UHGV virus genome: UHGV-1360762
DNA: 25,018 nt
Source: a virus
Reading direction: 5' to 3' (one strand)
Shown here: positions 24,909-25,018 of the stretch, in pieces
Layout: every line of letters starts with the position of its first letter
Position numbering within the stretch: the stretch's first letter is position 1
The notes under the pieces: generated by a model
Database searches by the model: none
What the model was told of the DNA's origin: nothing
The model's input: only the letters and a program-made list of their open reading frames with translations
Program-made: the position numbers and the translations under genes

Positions 24909-25018
24909 ATGGAAAACGAACTGATCATCGACGGTCAGGTTATTGGCCTGTCTGAAACACAGGAAAATGCAGAAGAAACCATCATCCAAACAGAGTCACA
25001 GCCTGAGAATGAAAGCCA
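24909..25018 (+). CDS. Putative scaffolding protein, 5' fragment (runs off the window)
   Basis: ATG at 24909 preceded by AGGAG; acidic N-terminus MENELIIDGQVIGLSETQENAEETIIQTESQPENES; position after portal as in P22-like phages. Confidence 0.5.
   Translation, partial: MENELIIDGQVIGLSETQENAEETIIQTESQPENES

Noticed and set aside
1-25018. Search for CRISPR arrays, IS elements, rRNA/tRNA genes, toxin-antitoxin pairs or multi-gene defence operons
   Set aside because: No regularly spaced direct repeats, no transposase ORFs or terminal inverted repeats, no rRNA/tRNA signatures, and no ORF with recognisable defence-system ATPase, nuclease-helicase, Sir2/TIR or cyclase domains were seen. The HNH proteins look like homing endonucleases, not restriction systems.

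Overview
This window reads as a lambdoid temperate phage genome in phage (attP) orientation, built from modules of different origin. It starts at a lambda-type attP with complete P and P' arms, followed by int and xis on the minus strand. A tightly packed leftward early operon follows (cIII, kil, accessory ORFs, a Rad52/Erf-type annealing protein, SSB, a DEDDh exonuclease, Ea22/DUF551 proteins). The immunity region is P22/phage-21-like (N, orf28, ral, c2-type repressor, cro, lambda-like cII, identical nutL/nutR). Rightward come a replication module (O-like initiator with internal iteron origin, DnaB-like helicase), a nin region (ninB, Dam-like methyltransferase, ninE, ninF, an HNH homing endonuclease, YbcO-like, rusA, ninH), a phage-82-type Q with pR'/tR', a second HNH-AP2 endonuclease, a lambda-type lysis cassette (S, R, Rz/Rz1), and Sf6/P22-like packaging genes (gp66-like, small and large terminase, 708-aa portal, start of scaffold). 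No rRNA, tRNA, CRISPR array or IS element was found. I did not find a clearly novel system; the best candidates are the hypothetical-protein island between xis and the recombination genes, the long N leader that shares collinear motifs with the region upstream of holin S, and the two AT-rich HNH endonuclease insertions. All protein identifications are from recalled sequence similarity and motifs, not from a database search.
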